Shown: piece after piece, positions 26,923-37,161 of the stretch
How positions within the stretch are numbered: the stretch's first letter is position 1
Layout of the letters: every line of letters begins with the position of its first letter
Origin: Patescibacteria group bacterium
GTDB taxonomy: Bacteria; Patescibacteriota; Patescibacteriia; UBA2591; JABMQE01
Reading direction: 5' to 3'
NCBI GenBank assembly: GCA_018896645.1
Contig: JAHIMF010000005.1
Location: 997-64,996, forward strand
Length of the DNA stretch: 64,000 nucleotides
Position numbers and translations under genes: made by a program
The notes under the pieces: generated by a model
The model's input: only the letters and a program-made list of their open reading frames with translations
Database searches by the model: none
Told to the model about the DNA's origin: nothing

Positions 26923-28140
26923 ATGCTTCAATCTCAATTATTCTACAAAACAACCAAAGAACCACCCAAAGATGCAGAAATTGCCAGCCATAAATTTTTA
27001 GTTCAAGCGGGATTTATTGACCAAGTAGCCGCCGGGATTTATTCGCTTTTGCCCCTAGCCTTTCGCGTTTATAAAAAGATTGAGAATATAATCAGAGAAG
27101 AGATGAATAAAGCCGAAGGCCAGGAAATCAGCATGCCCACCTTACAACCAAAGACCTTGTGGCAAGAAACTGGCCGCTGGGAGACTATTGACCCGCCTCT
27201 TTTTATAATCCAAGACCGTCACAAAAAGGAGCTTTGCCTCGGCCCCACGCACGAAGAAGTTATCACCAAACTTGTCCGCGAACGCGTTAATTCATATAAG
27301 GATTTACCTCTTTATCTTTATCAAATCCAAAACAAATTCCGCAATGAAATGCGTTCCACGGGCGGTCTCCTGCGGGTCCGGGAATTTATGATGAAAGATT
27401 TGTACAGTTTTCATGCTGATGAAAAAGATTTGGACAAATATTATAAAGTTATGCTTCAGTCCTATAAAAATGTGTATCAACGGTGTGGCGTTGAAGCTGT
27501 GGCTGTTGAAGCTTCTTCCGGCTCTATTGGCGGTGAAGAATCCCAGGAATTTATGGTTTTAGCCAAAGACGGAGAAGATAGTATCAAACTTTGTCCTAAA
27601 TGCGGTTATGCCGGCAATGTTGAGGTTGTTAAAGCTGAAGTCTGTCCTAAGTGTGATGCTGTATTAGATGAAAAAAAATGCATTGAAGCCGGTCATATTT
27701 TTAAGCTCGGTACTATGTACTCCAAAAAAATGGGCGCTAAGTTTATTGATAAAGACGGCAAAGAAAAACCAATTCACATGGGTTGCTATGGCATTGGCTT
27801 AGGCCGCCTCTTAGCCACAATTGTGGAAGCCAGCCACGATGAAAAGGGGATTATCTGGCCAAAAAATGTTGCTCCTTTCCGGGCGCATTTGATTGGACTG
27901 GATTTGGAAAAAGCCAAAGATATTTATAATAAACTAAAAAAACAGAACATTGATGTCCTGTTTGACGACAGAGAAGAAGTAAGCGCGGGCGAAAAATTCG
28001 TCGAAGCAGATTTGATTGGGATTCCGATAAGGTTGGTGGTTAGCAAAAAAACCGGTGAAAATGTAGAGTGGAAAGAGCGAGGCAGTAAAAAAACGAAAAT
28101 ACTTGGTGTTGATGAAGTCACATCAAAATTACAGAAATAA
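26923..28140 (+). CDS. proS: Prolyl-tRNA synthetase, compact form: INS editing domain replaced by a CxxC...CxxC zinc ribbon
   Basis: Class II motifs (FRNEMRSTGGLLRVREFMMKDLYSFH; GCYGIGLGRLL), anticodon-binding domain (APFRAHLI...IPIRLVVS), zinc ribbon CPKCGYAGNVEVVKAEVCPKCDAV. Confidence 0.88.
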   Translation: MLQSQLFYKTTKEPPKDAEIASHKFLVQAGFIDQVAAGIYSLLPLAFRVYKKIENIIREEMNKAEGQEISMPTLQPKTLWQETGRWETIDPPLFIIQDRHKKELCLGPTHEEVITKLVRERVNSYKDLPLYLYQIQNKFRNEMRSTGGLLRVREFMMKDLYSFHADEKDLDKYYKVMLQSYKNVYQRCGVEAVAVEASSGSIGGEESQEFMVLAKDGEDSIKLCPKCGYAGNVEVVKAEVCPKCDAVLDEKKCIEAGHIFKLGTMYSKKMGAKFIDKDGKEKPIHMGCYGIGLGRLLATIVEASHDEKGIIWPKNVAPFRAHLIGLDLEKAKDIYNKLKKQNIDVLFDDREEVSAGEKFVEADLIGIPIRLVVSKKTGENVEWKERGSKKTKILGVDEVTSKLQK

Positions 28141-28491
28141 TTTTAATAAAAGAAAGATAAATCTGGTTGCTCTTTAATTAAATGAGAGGATAGCTATGGC
28201 TAAAAGAAAAAGAAAAGATTTTTTTGCAGACCATCCGAGTTTTATGGCTCTTGTTGTCAATAAAATTAGTTCTGGAATACGATTTCTCCTGAAAATAGTT
28301 ACCCAAATTTTCAACGAGCGAAAAGATAAACTTTTCATTGGGGGTGAGAAAAATGTTGAATAATAGTCATGAAAAATATTTAATTCTCCCAAGCCATGTA
28401 TGTTATTTGTTCCTTTTTGTTGTCGATGCTCTTTTGTCGATTTTCAAAAAAAATGGCAAGAGGTTATTTTTCTGACATCAGGAGATAGAAA

Positions 28492-28533
28492 AAGCCCTGT
28501 CCATTGAAACATCACAAGACAGGGCTTATTTTT
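28492..28533. terminator. Bidirectional rho-independent terminator (aaaaagccctgtc...gacagggcttatttttt)
   Basis: 9-bp stem with A-run and T-run flanks, between convergent reading frames. Confidence 0.65.
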
Positions 28534-28550
28534 TGCTGAGCAAGCACACC

Positions 28551-29306
28551 TCACTTGTGCCAACTCATAGGGTGGGTTTTTGTTGTCCCTTTTGGGACGA
28601 AGAACCATTTTTCCCCCTCGCAACAAAGGACTTCCCCGGTATTAAGGATGCTAATTCCCAGAACCTTAATGTTAGTTTTTTCAAGGCTAACCCATGTTTC
28701 GTTTTCGTCTTGCTGTTTTTTACCGTCAGGTTCCCAAGAAATCAACCATCCTCCCCAAGTACCACCTGGTCCAACAGGACGATTTTTTTTAATGATCAGC
28801 GCTATCCCCTCATCAATCTGAGAAAGATAATTTCTTACTGTTGGTTGGTAATAATAAAAGTTGCCATTCACGGCAATAAAGAGATCCCGCCATAGCCCAC
28901 TATGCATAAGAAATTTCCGAATATTTTTGCTCGCATCATGTTGAGAAACATCAACTGGCAAGAGCAGCAAAGAAATTACTAAAGCCTGTTTAATGACGGA
29001 CTCTTGTTGCGAAAAATTACCTTCATTTGTCCCTTTAAGAACAAGGGATCGAAAACAGTAGCGCTTTCCCTTATCGATTGATTTCCAAGAAAGCAATAAG
29101 GGATTACGAAAAATAGTATGCTCCGGTGATAATTCCTCTTGTTTTACAGTGATTTCCTGATAGTCTGCCTCCATAACTGTGAAATTTTGGAAACCAACCA
29201 TTTCAACCGCGAGATTTTTCAGAGCGCTAGGTAGGGGAGCAGCGCGAAGTATATAACTTGGAAAAATAACTGTAAGAATAACCAACAAACAGATTGTCCG
29301 CTTCAT
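28551..29306 (-). CDS. Secreted hypothetical protein (signal peptide MKRTICLLVILTVIF)
   Basis: Strong SD (AGGAGG) upstream of the internal ATG at about 29306; N-terminal signal peptide; no recognised domain. Confidence 0.55.
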   Translation of the reverse strand: MKRTICLLVILTVIFPSYILRAAPLPSALKNLAVEMVGFQNFTVMEADYQEITVKQEELSPEHTIFRNPLLLSWKSIDKGKRYCFRSLVLKGTNEGNFSQQESVIKQALVISLLLLPVDVSQHDASKNIRKFLMHSGLWRDLFIAVNGNFYYYQPTVRNYLSQIDEGIALIIKKNRPVGPGGTWGGWLISWEPDGKKQQDENETWVSLEKTNIKVLGISILNTGEVLCCEGEKWFFVPKGTTKTHPMSWHK

Positions 29307-29656
29307 TTTGGCCTCCTTTTGAAGTGGGTAGAAAAAAAAATATGCCAATGGCAAGTTTTTTCAAAGGCTTCCGATGGACAATTCTGTAGGAAGAGTATAT
29401 ACTGGATTAATAGACAAAAGCCTAGAACCCAATATTAACTTTGCGTCCTCCCTACAAAATTATCCATCGGAAAATTCGGATACTAATTTTCAAAGTTCAT
29501 ACTTCGCATTTAATTACTTCATCATAGCATATATTTTTAAACTTGTCAATGGGCGAAACAAAAATTTTAGGTAATTAAGGATATTTTTGGCTAAAATTAG
29601 CGTAAAATGATTACTAATTTACTTTATTACTTTATTGCTCGATTACTTAACAAAAT

Positions 29657-30703
29657 ATGTTCAACAACCTCCTCGGCCGTTTTTCCCGCGATATGGGTAT
29701 AGATTTGGGCACTGCCAATACTTTAGTCTATGTCCGTGATAAAGGAATTGTTATTAACGAGCCCAGTATCGTGGCTATCAATACCCGCGCTGACCAGATT
29801 TTAGCCGTGGGCGAAAACGCCAGGAAAATGTTAGGCAAAACCCCGCCCCATATTATTACTTCAAGACCACTATCCGATGGGGTGATTTCTGATTTTGAAA
29901 TTGCTGAAAGGATGTTAAAACATTTTATTGCCAAGGTTCATCAGGATAAATTTTCTTTTTATACCCGACCCCGAGTAATTATTGGGATTCCCTTGGAAAT
30001 AACTGAAGTAGAGCGTAAAGCAGTTGAAGACGCGGCGATGCAAGCTGGCGCCAGAGAGGTTTTTTTAGTGGAAGAGCCAATGGCCGCGGCAATCGGCGCT
30101 CGCCTTCCAATTCAAGAATCATGCGGTAATATGATTGTTGATATTGGCGGCGGCACTACAGAAATTGCTGTAATTTCCTTGGCAGGTATCGTCACCTGGA
30201 AATCTTTACCAATTGCCGGAAATGAACTAACTGAAGATATTATAGAATATGCCCGCGAAAAATATAATTTACTAATTGGCGAAACCACGGCTGAAGAGAT
30301 AAAAATAAAAATTGGCTCGGTTTTTCCCCTGGAAAAATCTTTAAAAACAATTATGCGGGGTCGGGATTTGGTTTCTGGTCTGCCTAAAGAAGAGACTATT
30401 ACTGATGAAGAGGTGCGAGAAGCGATGCAACGTTCGGCTAAAATCTTGGCTGTTAATATCCGCGATACTATAGAATCTACCCCGCCAGAATTAGTAGCGG
30501 ATATTTATAGCCGAGGCATAGTTTTATCAGGCGGCGGGGCTTTACTTAAAGGACTTCAAGATTTGATTTATAGAGAAGTCCAAGTGCCTATCCACATTAC
30601 TGATGACCCCCTAACTGCGGTGGTTCGCGGTTTAGGAATTATTATAGAAGACATGAATACTCTTAAAGATGTTTTGTTGCCTTCAGCTGGAGAAATCACT
30701 TAA
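29657..30703 (+). CDS. mreB: Rod-shape-determining protein MreB, copy 2, heading an mreBCD-mrdA operon
   Basis: GIDLGTANTLVYV, DIGGGTTEIAVISLAG, VLSGGGALLKGL. Confidence 0.9.
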   Translation: MFNNLLGRFSRDMGIDLGTANTLVYVRDKGIVINEPSIVAINTRADQILAVGENARKMLGKTPPHIITSRPLSDGVISDFEIAERMLKHFIAKVHQDKFSFYTRPRVIIGIPLEITEVERKAVEDAAMQAGAREVFLVEEPMAAAIGARLPIQESCGNMIVDIGGGTTEIAVISLAGIVTWKSLPIAGNELTEDIIEYAREKYNLLIGETTAEEIKIKIGSVFPLEKSLKTIMRGRDLVSGLPKEETITDEEVREAMQRSAKILAVNIRDTIESTPPELVADIYSRGIVLSGGGALLKGLQDLIYREVQVPIHITDDPLTAVVRGLGIIIEDMNTLKDVLLPSAGEIT

Positions 30704-30805
30704 TCGCATTTACTATTCATTATTTATTATTTACTATTCATTATTCACCACAATCTTTTCATAGCGAAACACTAGGAAAAAAATTAAAAAACAGAATAGT
30801 AAATA

Positions 30806-31663
30806 ATGAATTCCTTGATATTCTCATTATCAAAACTATTCAGCATGAACAAACTTTTATCAAAAACCGTAATTTCCATCACTACAGTAGCTGTCCTACT
30901 GATTTTTTTTCATTCTATTGGCTGGCTTAAGCCTTTTGAGGCTTTACTTGCGAAATCCGTGGGTAAACCCCAAGAATTTGTATACAATATTGCTTTAGGT
31001 TTTAAAAACATATTCACGGGTATTGATTTTAAAGAAGAGAATACCAGATTGAAAGCCGAACTTGAAGAGCATATTATTGATGGCGTGGCTTTAAAACTTT
31101 TGGAAGAGGAGAATAAAAGACTTAGGCAAGAATTGAATTTTTTGGAAATTAGGGGGTATGCTTATGTTTTAGCTCATATCATTGCCAGAGAACCGGAACT
31201 TGATCAAAAGATAGTAATACTTAATCAAGGCTCTGCTCAAGGCATTAAAAAGGGCTGCCCAGTAATTATTACTCGCAATGATGAAAGTTCTTTCACTCGA
31301 CCCGAAGGCTTTTTAGTTGGAAAAATTATCAAAGTCAGCACTTATAAATCATGGGTTGTCCTTCTACCTGATAACCGAAGCGCGGTTGCCGCAGAAATCC
31401 AAAGCAGAAAGGCATTATACGGATTAGTCAAAGGTGAGCGAGGATTATCATTAAACATGGATCTAATACCCCAGGGCACTGAAATTATTCCGGGTGATAC
31501 GGTTATAACTTCTGGTTTAGAAAATATGATTCCCAAGGGATTAATTATTGGTGAAGCAGAAACGATTGAATCTGTTCCGGGCGACTTTTTTCAAAAGGCA
31601 AAAATTAAACCCCTTGTTTCTTTTGATAATCTGAACCTGGTCACCGTATTAATTCCCAATTAA
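30806..31663 (+). CDS. mreC: Rod-shape-determining protein MreC
   Basis: N-terminal TM, coiled coil (LKAELEE...EENKRLRQELNFLE), C-terminal beta domains (GDTVITSGLENMIPKGLIIGE). Confidence 0.8.
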   Translation: MNSLIFSLSKLFSMNKLLSKTVISITTVAVLLIFFHSIGWLKPFEALLAKSVGKPQEFVYNIALGFKNIFTGIDFKEENTRLKAELEEHIIDGVALKLLEEENKRLRQELNFLEIRGYAYVLAHIIAREPELDQKIVILNQGSAQGIKKGCPVIITRNDESSFTRPEGFLVGKIIKVSTYKSWVVLLPDNRSAVAAEIQSRKALYGLVKGERGLSLNMDLIPQGTEIIPGDTVITSGLENMIPKGLIIGEAETIESVPGDFFQKAKIKPLVSFDNLNLVTVLIPN

Positions 31664-31806
31664 GGTTTGTATTGTTCGATAATAATTAACAAAATCAACA
31701 GAAAAGAAATATAGAAATTAAGAAATAGAGAAATAAAGGATTTGTTTGTTGGTAGCTGATATCCTTTTCCTATATTTCTTAGTTTCTTTATTTCTTAATT
31801 TCTATT

Positions 31807-32322
31807 ATGGCAAAAGGTTTTGGACAACTAATTTTTATAATCATAGCTATAATTTTTGAGTTAAGCGTATTAAGTCTTCTTTATCCTTTAAATCAAATCA
31901 GGCTAGTTTTAGTAATTGCCTTAATAATCGCTTTATCTGATTACAAAAAAGCTTTATTTTGGGTATTTCTTGGAGGATTAATTTTGGATACTTGTTCAGT
32001 CTTGCCTTTCTCAAGCATAACATTAAGCTTGTTTGTCGCGGTTACAATTATTTTTATTCTAGCCAGGAATACCTTTACCAGTGGATCATTATATGCGGTC
32101 ATTGCTCTGGGAATTATTGGCATAGTTATTTATAACCTTTCCTTGATATTGTTAGTTCATATTTTCTATTTATTAAAAATTACAGATTTTCAAATACAAT
32201 TTCACACTTTATACAGCCAAGATATGTTTTGGCAGATATTACTTAATACAACACTGATGGTGGGGATTTTCTGGTTAAGGAAGAGGATCAAAAAAAGACC
32301 CGAAGGAGCGGTATTAAAATAA
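31807..32322 (+). CDS. mreD: Rod-shape-determining protein MreD (polytopic membrane protein)
   Basis: Five hydrophobic helices; positioned between mreC and mrdA. Confidence 0.6.
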   Translation: MAKGFGQLIFIIIAIIFELSVLSLLYPLNQIRLVLVIALIIALSDYKKALFWVFLGGLILDTCSVLPFSSITLSLFVAVTIIFILARNTFTSGSLYAVIALGIIGIVIYNLSLILLVHIFYLLKITDFQIQFHTLYSQDMFWQILLNTTLMVGIFWLRKRIKKRPEGAVLK

Positions 32323-32483
32323 ACTCCTTTTAAAAAATCTTCTGAAGGGCTGAGTGTCTAGTAAAGTCTTAGGTTTGGGGTCCTAGCTGTAGGTTTGGTT
32401 AAAAATTATTAGTCATGGATTATCTAACAACTTAAGACTAAAGACTAAACTTACTGCTAAGACCATAAACCAATAACCCGAAA

Positions 32484-34409
32484 ATGGACGACCCCTTCAT
32501 CATACAGCACCAAGACAATGTTAAAGACGCTCGTCTTAATCAGTATACTGCTGGGTCAGACGAGGGTAATTTTTATTCTACGGAAAAAGGAACGTTTGAT
32601 TCGTTAAGGATTTCAATTTCCTGGCCGCGGTTAAGAATGTTTTTTATAATTGTGATGTTAGCGCTCTCGGTCCTGGTGCTGCGAGTTTTTTATCTGCAGA
32701 TTATTGAAGGTAATTATTATCGAACTGTAGCCGAAGGCAACCGAATTCGCATTAAACCAATAAAAGCGGTCCGGGGAATAATTTATGACAGGCAAGGAAA
32801 AATATTGGTAAGAAATGTGCCTAATTTTTCTTTGTTTTTTATACCCGGTGACTTGCCAAGAGAAGAAGATGAGTTAACAAAAATTCTAAATACTATTTCC
32901 GATATTTTGGAGTCACCAACCCTATATTTAAGAACTTTACTTGGAGATGTTTCTCCTTATTCATACGAGCCACTTTTAGTAGCTGAAAATATTAGCCATA
33001 GTAAAACCCTTTTATTAGAAATCGAAACCTCTATGATCCCCGGGGTGTTTTTAGAGACAAGAAGTCGAAGGGAGTATTTATTCTCCGATTCTGATTATGG
33101 TTTATCGCACATCCTGGGATATACAGGTAAATTATCGCCTGAAGAATATCAAGAAAGAAAAAATAAGGGTTATCTTCTTAACGATTATATTGGCAAAACA
33201 GGCATTGAATATAATTATGAGTTTTATTTGCGGGGTCAGGATGGAAAAAAGCGGATTGAAGTTGATTTTTTAGGCAAAGAAGAAAAAATTGTTTCTTTTT
33301 CACCTCCAAAAGACGGGCAAAGTCTTGTTTTATCAATAGACTTGGATCTACAGAAAAAAATCTCGGAAATTCTCCAAAAACAGCTGCGCCAAATCAAAAA
33401 GACTAAGGGAGTGGTAATAGTTACTGAAGTCAATTCTGGTGAAATTTTAGCCCTGGTTTCCGTGCCCAGTTATGACAATAATTTATTTGCCAGGGGTATT
33501 TCTAGAGAAAATTATGAAAAATTAATTAATGATGAATCAGAACCATTATTTAATCGGGCCATTGCTGGCGAATATCCTCCAGGCTCTACTATCAAACCAG
33601 TCTTAGCAGCCGCGGCTCTAGAGGAAGAGATTATTAATGAAAATACTACCTTTATAAGCACTGGAGGCATCTGGTTAAGCGAGTGGTTTTTTCCTGATTG
33701 GAAGGCCGGGGGTCATGGCCGCATTAATGTTACCCAGGCGATTGCTGAATCAGTTAACACTTTTTTTTACTATATCGGCGGCGGGCATGAAGAATTTAAA
33801 GGCCTGGGATTAGAAAAAATTAATTATTGGAGCTCGCTGTTTGGTTTTGGTCGGGATACAAAAATCGATTTACCGGGTGAGGGGTCAGGATTTTTACCGA
33901 CGAAACAATGGAAAATGGATACCCGGGAAGAACCCTGGTATATTGGTGACACCTATCATCTCGCAATCGGCCAAGGCGATATTTTAGTCACTCCGATTCA
34001 GGTAGCTAATTTTACTGCCGTGATTGCTAATGATGGGACTCTTTATAGGCCGCATTTACTTAAAAATCTCCTTCATGCAGACAATGAGACGGCGAGTGCT
34101 GTCCAAAATGAAATCTTGCGAACAAATATTGCTCAAAAAAAGAATTTAGAAATTGTAAGACAAGGAATGCGGGGGGCAGTTGTCTATGGTTCATCCCAAT
34201 CTTTGGCTGACCTGCCAATAGCAGTTGCCGGTAAAACCGGCACAGCTCAAGTGGGCGGCGAGAAAGACCCGCATGCCTGGTTTACTGGTTTTGCGCCTTA
34301 TGAAAATCCCGAAATAGCCATCACAATTTTAATAGAGAATGGGGGAGAGGGCAGTCGGGTAGCGGTGCCGATTGCTAAGGAGATTTTACAATATTATTTT
34401 GGACAATGA
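32484..34409 (+). CDS. mrdA: Penicillin-binding protein 2 (elongasome transpeptidase)
   Basis: N-terminal TM and dimerisation domain; transpeptidase motifs STIKP (SxxK), SVN (SxN), KTGTA. Confidence 0.9.
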   Translation: MDDPFIIQHQDNVKDARLNQYTAGSDEGNFYSTEKGTFDSLRISISWPRLRMFFIIVMLALSVLVLRVFYLQIIEGNYYRTVAEGNRIRIKPIKAVRGIIYDRQGKILVRNVPNFSLFFIPGDLPREEDELTKILNTISDILESPTLYLRTLLGDVSPYSYEPLLVAENISHSKTLLLEIETSMIPGVFLETRSRREYLFSDSDYGLSHILGYTGKLSPEEYQERKNKGYLLNDYIGKTGIEYNYEFYLRGQDGKKRIEVDFLGKEEKIVSFSPPKDGQSLVLSIDLDLQKKISEILQKQLRQIKKTKGVVIVTEVNSGEILALVSVPSYDNNLFARGISRENYEKLINDESEPLFNRAIAGEYPPGSTIKPVLAAAALEEEIINENTTFISTGGIWLSEWFFPDWKAGGHGRINVTQAIAESVNTFFYYIGGGHEEFKGLGLEKINYWSSLFGFGRDTKIDLPGEGSGFLPTKQWKMDTREEPWYIGDTYHLAIGQGDILVTPIQVANFTAVIANDGTLYRPHLLKNLLHADNETASAVQNEILRTNIAQKKNLEIVRQGMRGAVVYGSSQSLADLPIAVAGKTGTAQVGGEKDPHAWFTGFAPYENPEIAITILIENGGEGSRVAVPIAKEILQYYFGQ

Positions 34410-34417
34410 CATACATT

Positions 34418-34500
34418 TCCACGACACACGATACACGTAACATGATACAAAAATTCGCATATTGAGTTGTGATGCGTGAATCGTGTATCGTGCTCGCAGT
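34418..34500. repeat. Inverted repeat cacgatacacg ... cgtgtatcgtg (second member of the family seen after infA)
   Basis: Arms separated by about 40 nt; shares gaatcgtgtatcg with 4409-4433. Confidence 0.55.
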
Positions 34501-34694
34501 TATCCACACCCCCCTTGACCCATTCATAAAAACAGTGTATCGTTAAAATTGTAACTGAATCTCCAATAATCAAGCTCACCCTTTCGACTAGCTCCGGGTG
34601 ATTTTAAAAATTTTTCATATTCATAATAAATAATTTTAATCTACCCTAACCAGTATTATTTTGAATCAATGGCACGGGGTAAAAATTAAAAAGC

Positions 34695-35165
34695 ATGATT
34701 GAAGATCAAACTTATATTACCAAAGAAAAATTAAAAGAATTAAAAAAAGAACTTGACTATTTGAAAACTACTAAAAGACGGGAGATTGCTAATCGAATTC
34801 GAGAGGCTAAAGAACTTGGCGACTTGAGTGAGAATGCTGAATACGCTGATGCTAAAGATGAACAGGGCTGGACCGAGGGGAGAATTCTAAAAATTGAAGA
34901 CATTTTGCGAAGAGCGGTTTTGATTGAGAGTAATCATAAAAATCACTCCGCAATAATCAATGTGGGTTCAAAAATAAAAGTTAAAGTTTCTGACTCGGAA
35001 AAAAATTTTGAGATTACTGGTTCCCAGGAAGCCGACCCCCCAAATGGCAAAATTTCCAATGAATCACCCCTAGGTAAAGCTTTTCTTGGTAAAAAAGCGG
35101 GCGATGAGGTGGAAGTTGAAGTGCCAAAAGGAGTGATAAAATATAAGATTATTGCGATTAGTTGA
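34695..35165 (+). CDS. greA: Transcription elongation factor GreA
   Basis: Coiled-coil N-domain with acidic tip (LGDLSENAEYADAKDEQ) and FKBP-like C-domain. Confidence 0.9.
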   Translation: MIEDQTYITKEKLKELKKELDYLKTTKRREIANRIREAKELGDLSENAEYADAKDEQGWTEGRILKIEDILRRAVLIESNHKNHSAIINVGSKIKVKVSDSEKNFEITGSQEADPPNGKISNESPLGKAFLGKKAGDEVEVEVPKGVIKYKIIAIS

Positions 35166-35223
35166 TTAGCCAGTCATTAGGAATGAGTCATCAGGCATTA
35201 GGGTTTTGTAAGATATAATCATC

Positions 35224-35259
35224 TACAAAAAAACGGGCGTGAGAGCGCTTGTTTTTTTG
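35224..35259 (+). repeat. Direct repeat copy 1 (tacaaaaaaacgggcgtgagagcgcttgtttttttg), identical to 37162-37197
   Basis: Exact 36-nt match at both ends of the REC/hypothetical/small-ORF island. Confidence 0.9.
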
Positions 35260-35315
35260 TTATTTTTTGGCGCCTGCGCCTTTTCTTTTTTAAAAAGATA
35301 TGTTAGAATTTAAAT

Positions 35316-35792
35316 ATGGAAAAAGAAACTGGTTTTAGCCCAGAAAAAGAACCAACCCTTTCAAAAGAAATTTGGATTATTGATGACGAAAAAGAAATAA
35401 TAAAGGGTGTTTTAAGATTTTGGCAAATGAAGACTAAGAATTTAGGTTATGATTTTAAGCACTTTGAAACCGGCCAATCTGCTTTGGAAGAAATCAAAAA
35501 GAGAAAAGAGTCAAAAGAAAGATTGCCAGAAATGGTTTTTGTTGACGGTGAATTAGAAAAAGATCAAGGAGAATTAAGCAAAGGAGTAAATTTTATTAAA
35601 GAAATTAGAAGTATAGATGGGGTTAAGCAACCAAAAATCGTGGCCCATAGTTCTGATTTTGCTAATAATGTTGAACTATTGATGGCTGGGGCTGATTTGG
35701 GTTTTCAAAAACAAGATATTACTAAATCAGCTGAGTTCTTACAAGACCCGGAACATTACAAACATTATTTTAAAAAGCCGGAAGAAGAATAG
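35316..35792 (+). CDS. Stand-alone response-regulator receiver (CheY-like REC) domain protein
   Basis: IWIIDDEKEI...FETGQSALEEI...PEMVFVDGEL...PKIVAHSS...LLMAGADLGFQK. Confidence 0.65.
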   Translation: MEKETGFSPEKEPTLSKEIWIIDDEKEIIKGVLRFWQMKTKNLGYDFKHFETGQSALEEIKKRKESKERLPEMVFVDGELEKDQGELSKGVNFIKEIRSIDGVKQPKIVAHSSDFANNVELLMAGADLGFQKQDITKSAEFLQDPEHYKHYFKKPEEE

Positions 35793-35956
35793 ATTTTTGA
35801 TTATCCATATTGACTTTTTTATTAGAGATTGATAGAATAAAAATAGTTATGGAAAAGAAGGCTGACTTTTCCAAATAAAAATAAATTTCCTCGCCGCAAG
35901 CGGACGGGGTATTAAAAAATTTTGATAAATTTATCAATTTAGAAAGGAATAAAACT

Positions 35957-36967
35957 ATGCCAAAATCGCCAGAACAACTTCGTTATACCGAAGATGAGGC
36001 CTTGGAGGAAGCTTCTGAAATGAAGGAAAAGGTAGAACACAAAGAAGCAAAAGATTATGAGGAAGCGGAAGAAGGGAAAACGCCAGAAGCAAAAGAAACC
36101 AAGAAACTTCCACCAGTTTTTCTTATCTATCGTAATAATAATGTATTTGAAAAGTTAGTTCCAAAAATTGCAGAAACATTTGGATCACTAGACCGGGAAG
36201 TAAAAATACAAAGTTTTCCGGCTGGAACTGATCAAATAAAAATTCTTAACTGGATACTAACAAATAGTAAAGAGATTGCTGGCACAGAAATAGTTACTGA
36301 TGAAACAGTTAAATACGCATTTTCCGGCATCGAAGATGAAATGCGCCATTTTCCTGATCCAAACGAAGAAGCGGCTAAAGAAAAGGCTATGAAAGTTTTA
36401 AAGAATTGCAGTAGACATTATGAATATTTAGATTTTTTTGAGCCACCCCTAATTGGCGAAACACTTTTTGGAAAAAATTACTCCGATGAGTTTCACGAAA
36501 AAGCAGAATCATTGGAAAAGAGCGGTGAGCTAATCTCTGACATAGTTAAACGCATTATTATAAATAAAGATAATATACCACAAAAAGTATATATATCTCG
36601 GCAGGAGATATTTGCGCATCAACCACTTAGACAAATTCCTGAAAATCCTAGATACGAAAGTGAAGAGGAATTGATGAAGGGCATAGAAATAGTAAAAGAA
36701 TGGCTTATTAAAGGAGGGATTCCAAAAGAAGCGTTTGTCGAAGGTGAATTCGAGCATAATTTGTCCTGGGTAATTATGGATAGACATAGCAGAAGTTATC
36801 CCCAGGGAGATAAAATTAAGATCATAAGTGGTCAAAAAGAAATAACATTAGGATTACCTCTTTCTAATTTTTTCCAAGATGCTTGCAAGACCGGGTTGAT
36901 TACATTGACACCAGAGGAAAAACAGAGATACAATAAATTGTTAAAAGAAAAACTAATTAAACTTTAA
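35957..36967 (+). CDS. Hypothetical protein (336 aa) with an acidic N-terminus
   Basis: Long ORF with no recognisable motif; inside the direct-repeat-bounded island. Confidence 0.5.
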   Translation: MPKSPEQLRYTEDEALEEASEMKEKVEHKEAKDYEEAEEGKTPEAKETKKLPPVFLIYRNNNVFEKLVPKIAETFGSLDREVKIQSFPAGTDQIKILNWILTNSKEIAGTEIVTDETVKYAFSGIEDEMRHFPDPNEEAAKEKAMKVLKNCSRHYEYLDFFEPPLIGETLFGKNYSDEFHEKAESLEKSGELISDIVKRIIINKDNIPQKVYISRQEIFAHQPLRQIPENPRYESEEELMKGIEIVKEWLIKGGIPKEAFVEGEFEHNLSWVIMDRHSRSYPQGDKIKIISGQKEITLGLPLSNFFQDACKTGLITLTPEEKQRYNKLLKEKLIKL

Positions 36968-36987
36968 ACACCAAACAACAGGAGGGA

Positions 36988-37143
36988 ATGATGGAAAAGC
37001 AAGAATTTCAGAAAAGGGTAGAGGAAGCTATGAAGAAATGTCTTGAGGCGCATCAACACAATCATCTTCTTTATCAGCCAACCAAGATAACTGAATACAA
37101 GATTGACTTCAAAAGAAAGCTGGCGGCTTGGATACTCTTTTAG
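36988..37143 (+). CDS. Small protein (about 50 aa), not in the ORF track
   Basis: Consensus SD AGGAGG 5 nt upstream of the ATG at 36991 (tandem ATG-ATG from 36988). Translation MMEKQEFQKRVEEAMKKCLEAHQHNHLLYQPTKITEYKIDFKRKLAAWILF. Ends 19 nt before direct-repeat copy 2. Confidence 0.45.
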   Translation: MMEKQEFQKRVEEAMKKCLEAHQHNHLLYQPTKITEYKIDFKRKLAAWILF

Positions 37144-37161
37144 CAGATTGTAACGGATTAT

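Noticed and set aside
28533-28895. + strand ORFs of 120 and 88 aa
   Set aside because: Completely antisense to the secreted-protein gene, which has a strong RBS and signal peptide.
34394-34579. 61-aa minus-strand ORF
   Set aside because: Spans the inverted-repeat region after mrdA; Cys/His-rich composition is an artefact of translating the palindrome.
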